64,000 nt of DNA, from positions 1 through 64,000 of the forward strand of contig CAVUXE010000029.1 of the NCBI GenBank assembly GCA_963745235.1. The letters run 5' to 3'. Shown piece after piece: positions 17,904 through 28,777 of the stretch. The stretch is from an uncultured Spirochaetota bacterium (GTDB lineage Bacteria; Spirochaetota; Spirochaetia; SZUA-6; Fen-1364). Each line of letters starts with the position of its first letter. Position 1 is the stretch's first letter. The notes beneath the pieces were generated by a model. That model saw only the letters and a list, made by a program, of their open reading frames with translations, was not told the origin of the DNA and ran no database searches. The translations under genes and the position numbers were made by a program.

Positions 17904-20900
17904 AATCAGCAGATACTGATTGGGACAATATCTTTCGCAAAATGCCCGTTGCCGAATTGCCCACTACACAACAGCTCCTTGCACGTAAGAATGCGGGTCG
18001 GATTCTGGCCAGCCTTAGCCTTTCAAAGACTCTCAGCATCGTTGCGTCCCTCCTTACGGTTCCATCGCTCGATGCAAACACTCTGCGTCTGGAGGCTCTT
18101 GTCCATATGGTGCTTTCAGGTGCCACAGGCAGTGAGACTCCTTCGCGAGGCACCCTGATGGCTTTGCTCAACCGAGAGCTTGGGAGATCGCCTTGTGCGT
18201 CGCGTGAAGATCCGGTCGAGGACGTCTTCGTTGCAAATGTCATGACCCAAAAAGGCAACAGGCTGCTGCTGACTGGTCTGTGGGAGTCCATCGAGTTCTA
18301 CATTCAGAGACTGTACAATATAGTCTGTACTCTACCAACTGATGAACAGACAACCCTACTGCTGAGGAGGGTAGAGGCTCTGCTAAGGCTGTGCACTGAG
18401 ATCTGCAACCGTAGGAATCTCCGACGATTTGACGTCGGAGAGGGGAATCCAGGCGGCACCATCCTTTTGCCCTCGGGCCGCCAGCTTGCGGAGCTCCAGC
18501 ACTCAGTCGAGTTCACCTGCCAACAATTGGCCAACTTGGGTATTACCGAAGAAGACATATCCCCTTTTGTCTTTCAAACGGAGGACACTTGTGAACTGGC
18601 AGAGGCGGCAATAGAAAAATCACCATTGCATGCACGCCCGATCGTTATAGTCGGGCAGATGTATGTGGTGGCCCTACCGTCTGCAGTAGGCAACGCGATC
18701 CGAGAACACATTCTCAGATGGATGATCGACCGAGGATATGAAAGGAGCTTAGACGATCATTTGGCAGGGGAGTACTTGGAACTGCTCGCCGACACGCCTT
18801 TCCTAGGCGCCATTCCGCCACAAGAAGCGTTCGCTCTCACTCGAACCGACAAAGGTCAAATAGTCATTGAAGTGATGCAGCAGATCGACAGAGGCCGGGA
18901 TTGCCACCTAGTCGCCTTGGTTGCAGGCGTTGCTGCCTACGACGCGGGTTTCACTCAACTTGACAGTGCGGTCATCAATGAGCGAATCGGGGCAGCCATC
19001 GAAAGAGCAAGGCGGGATCCGCAGTTTCTAGGCGGCCTTACGTTGATTGTTAACTGCGGACTTGGCATGACAACCGTGAGTGCGATTCCTCAGCGCCAGA
19101 GGGATTGGTGGGTCGATTTCATCCCGGCGGCGGACTACGTAAACCTAATGAACGCCGATTGGGCTAAAATCCCACTCGTCTGGAGAATGATAGAGCAGCT
19201 GAGGATCTTCGAAGAACGACGGCTTGAAATCGTCAACCCTAACGGGCTACTAAATCTCTTCGCCTGGTGGCAGGACAACGACTACTTCCTTTTGCCTTCC
19301 AGGAGTGACATCGAACGGATCCCTGATGTTCTGTCTATCCCTACAGACAACGTTCTTTCATTGAGGCGGCGGCTCAAGCGCTCGAATGACATCCATTTGG
19401 CCAATCTTCCAGATGGGACCAGTCGTATTATTCAGAGAAAGGACGTAGACACCTATTTCAAAGATGACAATCTGCGTCCGCTCTATGCTAGTGGTCTCGA
19501 TGCAAGGAAAGGAAGCCTGCTTGCACTGTGGGAAGGAAAGGCACAGGCATGGCTGCAGCTCACTGCCAAGAGCGGATTCATAGAGCGGGACACAGTCTTC
19601 CGAGTCTGGGACGCCGCAACCAACTGGCTCGCGAGAGTCGCTCCGGCGCTGGAGTTGAACGGCGGCTTATCTGAAGGTCAGAACTTTCAATTTGCCTTTG
19701 ATTTGGATCGAACGGCGGGAGCCGCCGAATCGATAGCTGAGGGAAATCCTGCCACGCTCTTTCAGTATTCTATTCAATCGCCAAACAGTGTTCGAATTGC
19801 GCTTGATGACCAGTTCTTCATTCAGTCGCGAAATCCGGAGAACCTGGCAGAACGAACCCTCGTCCGGACCATGCTGCAGGCAGCATTCGAAGCCGCTGGA
19901 AAAGCGACAGCGGCGGAAAGGCTTGAGTCGATTCTCGACGCGATCGTTCCGACCAGCGACATGCGCTATTTTCACTCGTTCTTTGCGCATAGCTTCAGGG
20001 AAATGCTGCACGGCATCAGCCTCCCGAGGGCGCTATTCGTCACGGAAGCTGATAGCGCGCTCGCCAAAACTGGACTTACTTGGAGCATGACGGATGAGAC
20101 AGGCGTGCGACGTATTCAAAGCGTCGAGGATGCCGTCTCTTTGCTCCACCGGGTCGTCGACCGACTTCTTGACCGCCTGTGTGTGGGGCTGCGCAGACTT
20201 GACAGGCAGCAAGTGATTCTTCTTTGCCTTAGGACCATCGAGAGCGTGGATATCTCGAAGCAACAGTGGCAGCATAGCGCGCTGGCGGTCATGTCGACTC
20301 ATGCTGAAAACGCTAATGCTCGCGATACGATCGCTGAGCAATTGTCAAAACACAAAGCGGCAACCATCGCTCTCCGCTTGATCGTGGAAATTGCACTACA
20401 GGAATCACCCACTCGAGGTGGATCGTTGCCCGGAGTGATGGACATCACCGCGTTCATGACAGATGCCCTACTCCTGTTCCAGATCGGCGGCGCATCAGAT
20501 GCGATCCATCGCAAAGTGATGCCGCCAGACTTGCTATTGCCTGCAAACGGCGACGTGCTATTCGGCACCGAGTTCGGAGAAATCGTTTCGCGCTACGGGG
20601 CTGATTTCCAGGGACTCGAGGTGGATAGCCACGCCGAACATTATGAGAGTCATTTTCGAGAGCCGCGAGTAGTGCCAACTGTTGTAGGTCACTTTGCGCC
20701 GCAGTTTCTAGAGGCTTTCCGATCGGAGTTTGGGGTTTCTGTAGATGAGCTAAGAGCGTTCAGAGATGCAGTCGAAAATGAAGCACTGAGGAGAGAGGAG
20801 GCTGTCTTTGTCGCTGCTTTCGGCGATCTGATCGAGATTTGCCGCGGATTCCCCATAGACGAGAAAGCAATCCATGCCGTTCTTGAGAGCTTTTCACTGG

Positions 20901-21652
20901 CCAACAGAGGCCGGTTTGAGAACATTCCGCAAGGGTTCAAAAAGACTGATCTGTACCCGTGGCGCTTTCGACGGCGTCTTTCGCTGATCAGCAGGCCCCT
21001 CGTTCAGCTCGACAACGATCCCAGCCCAACCTATATGATCTCGCCCGGACTTCTGGGCGAGAGCATCACTTTGGCAGTCTCGCGCTCCTTTGAAGCCGAG
21101 ATCCAGCCAAGTGACGTACGGTCGACAGAGATGAAACGATGGCTCGCGGATGAATCGAGCCGCAAGGCGCATGAGCTAGTGGTTGAGGTCGCCGGGGTGT
21201 TCTCTAGCGTGGGATTTGAAGTACTCATCGAAAAGCGGCTCAGCGAACTTCTCGGTGAGAAGAGCGATGACAAGTTCGGCGATGTCGATGTTCTTGCGTG
21301 GAAGCCCAACAGCAAGAGGGTTATCGCAATCGAGTGCAAGAATCTGCAACTAGCAAAAACCGCAACCGAGATCGCGGAGCAATTGAGCCGGTTCGCCGGT
21401 ATGGTGGACAGGAACGGGGAAAGAGACGATCTGCTCAAGCACATAGAACGCTGCGATGCACTTCGGGCACGGGCATCAGCGCTGACGAAAAACATCAAGT
21501 CCCTGGGCGCGAAGCCTGTCCTCCTTTGCGCGGTCTGCTTCAGTCGTTCGGTCGCCATCAAGTACGTTCAAAGCCGTTTTCCGAGGGTCCGATTCTGGAC
21601 CCTTGACGAGATACGGCGGGATTCAGGACTTTTCGAGCGCTGGTCCGCATAG
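17900..21652 (+). CDS. large hypothetical protein with C-terminal PD-(D/E)XK nuclease domain
   Basis: 1250-aa intact ORF, visibly more AT-rich than flanks; GDVDVLAW...IAIECK motif; no P-loop recognised. Confidence 0.8.
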   Translation: MKSADTDWDNIFRKMPVAELPTTQQLLARKNAGRILASLSLSKTLSIVASLLTVPSLDANTLRLEALVHMVLSGATGSETPSRGTLMALLNRELGRSPCASREDPVEDVFVANVMTQKGNRLLLTGLWESIEFYIQRLYNIVCTLPTDEQTTLLLRRVEALLRLCTEICNRRNLRRFDVGEGNPGGTILLPSGRQLAELQHSVEFTCQQLANLGITEEDISPFVFQTEDTCELAEAAIEKSPLHARPIVIVGQMYVVALPSAVGNAIREHILRWMIDRGYERSLDDHLAGEYLELLADTPFLGAIPPQEAFALTRTDKGQIVIEVMQQIDRGRDCHLVALVAGVAAYDAGFTQLDSAVINERIGAAIERARRDPQFLGGLTLIVNCGLGMTTVSAIPQRQRDWWVDFIPAADYVNLMNADWAKIPLVWRMIEQLRIFEERRLEIVNPNGLLNLFAWWQDNDYFLLPSRSDIERIPDVLSIPTDNVLSLRRRLKRSNDIHLANLPDGTSRIIQRKDVDTYFKDDNLRPLYASGLDARKGSLLALWEGKAQAWLQLTAKSGFIERDTVFRVWDAATNWLARVAPALELNGGLSEGQNFQFAFDLDRTAGAAESIAEGNPATLFQYSIQSPNSVRIALDDQFFIQSRNPENLAERTLVRTMLQAAFEAAGKATAAERLESILDAIVPTSDMRYFHSFFAHSFREMLHGISLPRALFVTEADSALAKTGLTWSMTDETGVRRIQSVEDAVSLLHRVVDRLLDRLCVGLRRLDRQQVILLCLRTIESVDISKQQWQHSALAVMSTHAENANARDTIAEQLSKHKAATIALRLIVEIALQESPTRGGSLPGVMDITAFMTDALLLFQIGGASDAIHRKVMPPDLLLPANGDVLFGTEFGEIVSRYGADFQGLEVDSHAEHYESHFREPRVVPTVVGHFAPQFLEAFRSEFGVSVDELRAFRDAVENEALRREEAVFVAAFGDLIEICRGFPIDEKAIHAVLESFSLANRGRFENIPQGFKKTDLYPWRFRRRLSLISRPLVQLDNDPSPTYMISPGLLGESITLAVSRSFEAEIQPSDVRSTEMKRWLADESSRKAHELVVEVAGVFSSVGFEVLIEKRLSELLGEKSDDKFGDVDVLAWKPNSKRVIAIECKNLQLAKTATEIAEQLSRFAGMVDRNGERDDLLKHIERCDALRARASALTKNIKSLGAKPVLLCAVCFSRSVAIKYVQSRFPRVRFWTLDEIRRDSGLFERWSA

Positions 21653-21693
21653 CTTGGCATCGGTACTTGGCATCAACAAGATCGTCAACACCC

Positions 21694-21768
21694 CGGGGCG
21701 TTTGCGCGGGAGCTGCTACGGATCGGCATAGTTCCGTCGCTTGAGCTCCTATTAGGACAAACGCCCCG
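21694..21768. repeat. long imperfect inverted repeat (hairpin)
   Basis: CGGGGCGTTTG/CAAACGCCCCG outer stem; inner GGAGCT/AGCTCC and ACGGA/TCCGT stems. Confidence 0.55.
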
Positions 21769-21863
21769 TGATGGTGATATACATGTTCTGCACTTCGCGT
21801 TATGCCGAACAGCTCGAAGCGCCAGGGTTTTTCGAAGACCAAGCAAGTAAAAGGGTGGCAGAT

Positions 21864-24703
21864 ATGGCACGAAAGGCACCGGGTAAAACTTCCGAAGCAA
21901 AGCAGGCGAAAGCAGAAAGCTACCGTCACCCTGAAGCTGACAGCCCGCTGCGCCCCGAGGTCGGGACCCAGCCCAAGTTCAAGAAGAAGAAAGCCTCCGG
22001 TTACATATCGTTACGACTCCTCGCTCTCTCCAGTACTTGAGTGGGATGGACAGAACGGCGACTCGGGATCTCGCGGATTTCCTGCTGGACTGCATCATGG
22101 ATGCGGCCAAGCTGCCGGCACCGCAGGTATTCGACTCACCACGCGAGCTGAAGCTCAACGACGGAGCAACCAGGGCGTCCGTTCGCGGATTGGAGGACGC
22201 GGTAGACCAGCTTGTAGCGCTGGGGAAGCCCTTCCTCAACTGGGCGGGCAAGGCAGAGCGCCTCTCATTCGATGTTCCCACGCTTCCGCTTTTCGTCCAT
22301 GAGAGGCTGTCCACCGCGGCGATCATCGACACCCTCAAGAGCCACCGAAAGCCAGCGGACGTACAGCTCGACCTTTTTGGCGATCCCCAGCATCCCATCT
22401 CCGACCAGCTCCTTCGGGCGTACGAGTATCGCGATAAGTGGGTCAATCGTATGATCCTTGGGGATTCCCTGGTCGTCATGAGCTCGCTGCTGCACTACGA
22501 GGGCCTGGCCGGGCAGGTGCAGACAATCTACATGGACCCACCGTACGGGGTGAAGTTCGGCAGCAACTTCCAGCCCTTTGTGCGCAAGCGCGATGTGAAA
22601 CACAACGATGACGATGACATGACGCGCGAGCCTGAGATGGTGAAGGCCTATCGGGACACCTGGGAGCTCGGCCTGCACTCCTACCTCACCTACATGCGTG
22701 ACCGCCTCCTCCTGGCCCGCGAGCTCCTCACCCCGAGCGGCAGCATCTTCGTGCAGATCAGCGACGAGAATCTCCACCACGTCCGCGAGCTGATGGACGA
22801 GGTGTTTGGGCAGGATTGCTTCGTCGTCGTCATCTGCTACCGAAGGCTAGGCATGATGGTAGGTGAAACAATGCAGTCTTCTGCACACTACCTTCTTTGG
22901 TACTGCCGGAAGCCAGATCAAATGAAGTATCGTAAGCTCTACGATCGGCAGATTGCTGGTATCGGATCGGGAGATCATTACAGCCAGGTGGAAAATCGCA
23001 TCACGAAGGAAGTCCGGCCTCTGTCCGCCTCAGAGAGGGCGAATCCTGCTACCATTGGAACTGAATGGAGACCATTCCAGCTTGTAAGCCTTTCAACCGG
23101 CGGATTCCGACCGAACACTACCGTTGACTACTTGTTTGAGGGGAGGACGTACCACCCAGGTTCGAACAAATGTTGGCGGACCACAACTGAGGGGCTAGAC
23201 CGGCTTGGAGCGACCGGGCGCATAGTGAAGGCTGGCGAAACGCTCCGCTACAAGCAGTTTCTTGACGACTTCTCTCTAGTGGAAGTGACCACAATTTGGG
23301 AAGACACGGCGCGTGATCAAGAGAATCTATACGTCGTTCAGACTCCCTCCGGCATCGTAAGGAAGTGCCTCCTCATGACCACCGATCCTGGTGATCTCGT
23401 GCTGGACCCGACGTGCGGCTCGGGGACCACCGCCTACGTCGCGGAACAGTGGGGGCGGCGCTGGATCACCATCGATACCAGCCGAGTGCCGCTCGCCTTG
23501 GCGCGCCAGCGACTCCTGACCGCTACGTTCGACTGGTACGACCTCAAGGACGAAGCGCGAGGTCCGGTGGGTGGCTTTGTCTACAAGCGCAAGCAGAACA
23601 GCAAGGGCGAGGAAGTCGGCGGCATCGTCCCGCATGTCACCCTCAAGTCAATCGCAAACGATGAGCCCCCGCAGGAGGAAGTCCTCGTCGACCGGCCCGA
23701 GAAGAAGGCGGGGATCGTCCGCGTCTCCGGGCCCTTCGTTGTGGAGGCCACCATCCCCACACCAGTGGATTGGGAAGGGGACGAAGCGGAGGACGGCGGT
23801 GTCCCCGCCGCAGAAAGCCACGGCTCCTTCGTGGAACGAATGCTGGAGGTGCTCCGAAGATCGCCGGTCCTTCACCTGGGCGCGGGGAAGACTGTAGCTC
23901 TCAAGAACGTCCGTATTCCGGCAAAGACGCTGACGCTGAGCGCAGAAGCGCAGGTAGAGGCAACGGCGGAAGGCCAGCAGCCCTCGATCGCAGACGCCGT
24001 GGAGGAAGCAGCGGAGAAGAACAAGCGTCTTCTTCCGTTCTCAATGCGGCCTGTCGCCATCGTCTTTGGACCAGAGAACGGGTCGATCGGCGAAAATCTC
24101 GTCTATGAGGCGGGCAAAGAGGCGACGGCCAAGCGATACACGCACCTCTATGTGATCGGGTTCGCCATCCAGCCCAACGCGCGCAAGCTCGTGGAGACCT
24201 GCGAGGAGGCCCTCGGCGTTCCCGCCACCTACGTGCAGGCGACCCCTGACCTGATGATGGGGGACCTGCTCAAGAACATGCGCTCCAGCCAGATCTTCAG
24301 CGTCTGCGGTCTGCCGGATGTCGAGCTGAAGCAGGCGGGAGACGCCAAGCCGGGGAAAGGGCTTCACTACGTGGTGACCTTGAAGGGACTGGACGTCTTC
24401 GATCCGTCCACCATGGCCACCATTCCCTTGAAGGGAGAGCAGGTGCCCGCGTGGTTCCTGGACACGGACTACAACGGCCTGTGCTTCCATGTCTGCCAGG
24501 CGTTCTTTCCGCGCACCAGCGCGTGGGAGAGCCTCAAGAAGGCGCTCAAGGCAACCTACAGCGAATCCGTGTGGGACCACCTGGCGGGAACAAAGAGCGC
24601 TCCCTTTGAAGGTGGCGAGCAGGGCCAGGTGGCCGTGAAGGTCATCGATGACCGCGGCAACGAGCTGATGGTGGTGAAGAAGCTCACCGAGGCGCGGCGC
24701 TGA
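21864..24703 (+). CDS. mod: type III R-M modification methyltransferase (two +1 indels near 21990 and 22057)
   Basis: YRYDSSLSP.LEWD N-terminus, ILGDSL, DPPYG, DPTCGSGTT (beta-class order), C-terminal VAVKVIDDRGNE. Confidence 0.9.
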
Positions 24704-27700
24704 TGGAATACGAAGTAGACCAACCCATACTCAACTCCCCGTACCAGGAGCCCAAGGAATACTGGCGGATTGTGGAGGGAGAAGCACCCCGGCGAATGCC
24801 CGGCCGCAGGAGAGCCATGTACTACTATCGCCAGCCCTCCGGATCTGGAGACGATGCAGGCGGCAAAGGCACCGCGGTGGAGCTCACCCTGGTGAACCTC
24901 ATCAGGGATCGCCTTGCAGACTGGCGCAAGGAAGAATACGCCGGGGTCAGCCGCAGCACGCTGGAGCTGCTGAAGTACTGGCGGCGGGAAGGCCGGCTGT
25001 TCCGCCTCTTTTTTGCGCAGATAGAAGCCGTTGAGACGGTCATTTTCCTTGTCGAAGCGAGGTCAGACCTTCGCCAGGGGATTGAGGTCCCGCGGGATGA
25101 GCCCGGTCAGGATGGCCTTCAGAAGGGCTACGCGGCCTTCACGCGCTACGCATGCAAAATGGCAACAGGTAGCGGAAAGACAATTGTGATGGGAATGCTC
25201 GCCGCGTGGAGCATCCTCAACAAGGTTGCTGCCAGGACCGACAACCGGTTCTCAGACACTGTGCTGGCGATATGCCCAAACGTCACCATTCGCAATCGCC
25301 TCCAGGAGCTGGACCCGGGCCGCGGGGAAGCGAGCATCTACAGGACGAAGGACCTCGTGCCGCCCCACCTGATGGCGGATCTCTCCCGTGGTCGTGTGAT
25401 AGTCACCAACTGGCATGTCTTCGAGCCCCAGATCCTCCAGGTTGGCGGCGTTAGCGCCCGTGTCGCCAGGGCAGGGGTCGCCGTCCAGTCTCGGGAGACA
25501 ATATCAATCGGAACAAAGACGGGGACAGCCCACGGCTACCGCTATCTCACGGAGCCCGAGCTTGCACGCCAGGTGAACGCTGGGCTCCTGGAGGTACGGG
25601 AAGAGATCAAGGACGCCCAGGGTGCACTGAAAAAAGTCATTGTCGATTCCACCCGCTACGTGGAAAGCGACGCAGTGGTCGTGAACAAGGTGCTGGGCCG
25701 CCAAGTCGGCGGAAAAAAGAACATCCTGGTTTTCAACGATGAGGCGCACCACGCCTACCGCATCCGTCGTGAAGAGGTTGAGGACGATGGCGATGAGGAG
25801 GATGAGGCCGAGGAGTTCTTCCAGGAAGCCACGGTCTGGGTGGAAGGCCTGGACCGGATCAACAAGCTCCGCGGCATCAACTTCTGCGTAGACCTCTCCG
25901 CCACCCCCTACTTCCTCGGCAGGGTCGGGCAGAAGACCAACCAGACCTTTCCGTGGGTGGTGAGCGATTTTGGACTGACGGATGCCATCGAGTCCGGCCT
26001 GGTCAAGATTCCGCAGCTCGCTGTGCGCGACTCAACGGGCAAGGACATTCCCGGTTACTTCAACATCTGGCGGTTCATCTGGGACAAGCTCACCCCGGCT
26101 GAGCGGGGCGGTGCACATGCGAGCCCCCGGCCCGAAGCGATCCTCAAGTGGGCAAATACACCTATCAGCATGCTCGCATCCCACTGGGACGAGATGCGCA
26201 AGGAATGGGCCGCGCATAAAGACGATCCGCGGCCGCCGGTCTTTATCCTGGTGTGCAAGAACACCCGGATCGCAAAGGTGCTCTATGAATGGGTGGCGGA
26301 GGACAAGGCGCCCGCCGATATACCGCAGTGCAAGATTGCTGCATTTCGCAACACGGCGGACAGGATCAACACCATCCGCGTGGACTCCCGCGTGGTCCAG
26401 GAAACGGATTCAGCGGAGGCCAAGAGCGACGAATCCGCGTGGATGCGGCTGACCCTGGACACTGTCGGCAAGGTGAAGTGGCCCGAGGACAGGCAGGGGC
26501 GCACGCTGTACCCGGAGGGCTTCGAGGAGCTGGCAAAGAAGTTGGGCAGACCGCTTCACCCGCCCGGCCGCGACCTGAGGTGCATCGTAAGTGTCGGCAT
26601 GCTCACTGAGGGGTGGGACTGCAGCACGGTCACGCACATCATCGGCCTCAGGCCGTTCATGTCGCAGCTTCTCTGCGAGCAGGTCGTTGGCCGCGGTTTG
26701 CGGCGTGCCAGCTACGAGGTCGGAGAAGGAGATCTGCTGTCAGAGGAGGTCTCAAAGGTTTTCGGCGTTCCCTTCGAGGTCATACCGTTCAAGGCGTCGC
26801 CAGATGGCACACCGCCGCCTCCCGTCAAGCGCGCGCATGTGCATGCCCTTCCGGAAAAGGCGGCGCTGGAGATCCAGTTTCCGAGGGTAGTCGGCTACAG
26901 GCAGGCCATTCGCAACCGGGTGACGGTGAATTGGGACAGCATCGCGCAAGTAGTTCTTGATCCGCTGAAGATTCCCCCCGAGGTCGAGGTGAAGGCAGCG
27001 CTGCCCAACAACAGCGGCAGGCCGAGCCTTCACGGGCCGGGCAAGTTGGAAAGCATTGACCTGCAGTCGTTCAGGCAGGGACGGCGCCAGCAGGAGCTTG
27101 CCTTCGAGCTTGCGCGCGACCTGACCCGCGACTACATGGGGCAGGGCGGCCCGCATCCGCCCGCGCACGTTCTTTTCCCCCAGGTGGCGGCGGTGGTGCA
27201 GCGCTACCTCAAGGAGAAAGTGGTGGCCACGCCGCCTGCCGACATCCTGGACATCTTCCTATCGCCTTACTACGGCTGGGTCATAGAACGACTGGTGGAG
27301 GCCATCAAGCCGGATTCCAGCAAGGGTGAGGAGCCGGAAGTTCCCGTGTTGGAGGCGAACCGGGGACCGGGCTCCACGGCGGACGTGGATTTCTGGACGA
27401 GCAAGGACGTGCGGGAAGTGACGAAGAGCCACCTCAACTTTGTCGTGGCAGACACCAGGGTGTGGGAGCAGGCGGCGGCGTACACAATCGACAAGCATCC
27501 AGCAGCGGCTGCCTTTGCCAAGAATGCGGGTTTGGGCTTCTCTATCCCTTACCTGCACAACGGCCAGCCCCACGAATACCTCCCGGATTTCATCATCAGG
27601 CTTTCTGGGGAGTCCAATCAGTATCTCCTGCTGGAGACAAAGGGATTTGACGAACTGGCAGACATCAAGGCTCAGGCAGCGGACCGCTGGGTGAAAGCGG

Positions 27701-27789
27701 TGAACGCGGACGCCCGGTTTGGCACCTGGCGCTATGCCATGGCGAGAAAGCCGGGGGATGTTGCCGCTTTTCTGTCCGAACTGGTGTGA
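24703..27789 (+). CDS. res: type III restriction endonuclease Res subunit
   Basis: MATGSGKT, DEAHH, SAT, MLTEGWD, QVVGRGLR helicase motifs; C-terminal PDFII...LETKG nuclease; TGATG overlap with mod. Confidence 0.92.
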   Translation: MEYEVDQPILNSPYQEPKEYWRIVEGEAPRRMPGRRRAMYYYRQPSGSGDDAGGKGTAVELTLVNLIRDRLADWRKEEYAGVSRSTLELLKYWRREGRLFRLFFAQIEAVETVIFLVEARSDLRQGIEVPRDEPGQDGLQKGYAAFTRYACKMATGSGKTIVMGMLAAWSILNKVAARTDNRFSDTVLAICPNVTIRNRLQELDPGRGEASIYRTKDLVPPHLMADLSRGRVIVTNWHVFEPQILQVGGVSARVARAGVAVQSRETISIGTKTGTAHGYRYLTEPELARQVNAGLLEVREEIKDAQGALKKVIVDSTRYVESDAVVVNKVLGRQVGGKKNILVFNDEAHHAYRIRREEVEDDGDEEDEAEEFFQEATVWVEGLDRINKLRGINFCVDLSATPYFLGRVGQKTNQTFPWVVSDFGLTDAIESGLVKIPQLAVRDSTGKDIPGYFNIWRFIWDKLTPAERGGAHASPRPEAILKWANTPISMLASHWDEMRKEWAAHKDDPRPPVFILVCKNTRIAKVLYEWVAEDKAPADIPQCKIAAFRNTADRINTIRVDSRVVQETDSAEAKSDESAWMRLTLDTVGKVKWPEDRQGRTLYPEGFEELAKKLGRPLHPPGRDLRCIVSVGMLTEGWDCSTVTHIIGLRPFMSQLLCEQVVGRGLRRASYEVGEGDLLSEEVSKVFGVPFEVIPFKASPDGTPPPPVKRAHVHALPEKAALEIQFPRVVGYRQAIRNRVTVNWDSIAQVVLDPLKIPPEVEVKAALPNNSGRPSLHGPGKLESIDLQSFRQGRRQQELAFELARDLTRDYMGQGGPHPPAHVLFPQVAAVVQRYLKEKVVATPPADILDIFLSPYYGWVIERLVEAIKPDSSKGEEPEVPVLEANRGPGSTADVDFWTSKDVREVTKSHLNFVVADTRVWEQAAAYTIDKHPAAAAFAKNAGLGFSIPYLHNGQPHEYLPDFIIRLSGESNQYLLLETKGFDELADIKAQAADRWVKAVNADARFGTWRYAMARKPGDVAAFLSELV

Positions 27790-28083
27790 AAGAAGCAGCG
27801 CGTCAATTCGCTTGTATTCCAAGGTGGGGCCCGATGACAAAGAGTTCCTGGCCTGAAGCTCCTTATTCCAGTCGCGATTGTGGGAGTTGCAGCTGCCTTC
27901 GCAGTCGACTTCTTGCCGGCGGGAGCAAAAAATGGATGGACCATAGCTCGATGCAGGCTTCCCAATAAGCGGATCTTATCGGGGAATTGCAAGCAGAAAA
28001 GAGCCAATACTGACCCCGCTTCAGTTGCAGTGCCATGATTCGCCGGTCATCTGACTTCGGGTGCCCTATGTGGAAGAACGACT

Positions 28084-28125
28084 TTGACAAGCCGCGATGC
28101 CTACGTTATGATCTGATGTATACAT
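28084..28125 (+). promoter_or_regulatory. sigma70 promoter with palindromic operator
   Basis: TTGACA-17 bp-TATGAT; perfect palindrome ATGTATACAT (28116-28125) abutting the ATG. Confidence 0.7.
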
Positions 28126-28536
28126 ATGACAGAGCATGCAAAGCTAGAAATGCTGGTTTGCTGCGACAAGGTCATTGAAGAGGCTGTGAACGGAAAGAAA
28201 ACCGTAATCGGGATCTTCCGAAACTTCAATCTTCCTTCGCTGCCGGCCGCATACGCTCTGCCTTGGTTCATCTTCGCACAGATCACGGGCCTCGATTCAG
28301 GCGGCCACTCGGTGGCCATCAACGTTGTACATGACCAGACACAGGGCGTGGTCTTTGCCGCCGGTCTTGATATTCCAGACACTCATCCGGAGAACGCGGA
28401 CCTGCTCATTCCGGTGCAAAACGTCATGTTCCAGAAACCAGGGAAGCACGTGGTCTCTCTCAACATCGACGGCCGGCAATTGGGATATACTGTCTTGACT
28501 GTCACACTGCAAGGCGCTCAGATCGGAGGTACTTGA
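28126..28536 (+). CDS. DUF6941-like beta-sandwich protein
   Basis: LVCCDKVIEE...GKKTVIGIF and F.KPG.H...L.IDG motifs. Confidence 0.7.
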   Translation: MTEHAKLEMLVCCDKVIEEAVNGKKTVIGIFRNFNLPSLPAAYALPWFIFAQITGLDSGGHSVAINVVHDQTQGVVFAAGLDIPDTHPENADLLIPVQNVMFQKPGKHVVSLNIDGRQLGYTVLTVTLQGAQIGGT

Positions 28537-28537
28537 T

Positions 28538-28774
28538 ATGTCAGCGGATGCCGTTGCAAAGACCTATTCGACGGCCGTTGAAGAGGCTACCGAAACACTC
28601 TCAAGCGGGTTTTTCATTTTGTTGAGCCCGGCTCCCGTTCACCAGACGACAGGCGCGCCCCTCTACGTTCCAGACACCGAGGCGGCAACAGGCTACGGGT
28701 CACTCGCAAAGTTGAATGAGCACTTGGCCGAGGAAGTCCTTCCCGCAGCGTCAGAGTCGTGGCCAAATTGGTAA
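28538..28774 (+). CDS. putative MazF antitoxin lacking a recognisable DNA-binding domain
   Basis: GGAGG RBS; C-terminus GYGSLAKLNEHLAEE...ESWPNW resembles the NdoAI/MazE toxin-binding tail; 3 nt before mazF. Confidence 0.6.
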   Translation: MSADAVAKTYSTAVEEATETLSSGFFILLSPAPVHQTTGAPLYVPDTEAATGYGSLAKLNEHLAEEVLPAASESWPNW

Positions 28775-28777
28775 AGT

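Noticed and set aside
27790-28080. Short ORFs after res, including a hydrophobic KLLIPVAIVGVAAAFA stretch
   Set aside because: No in-frame start with an RBS and no family motif; at most an unidentifiable remnant
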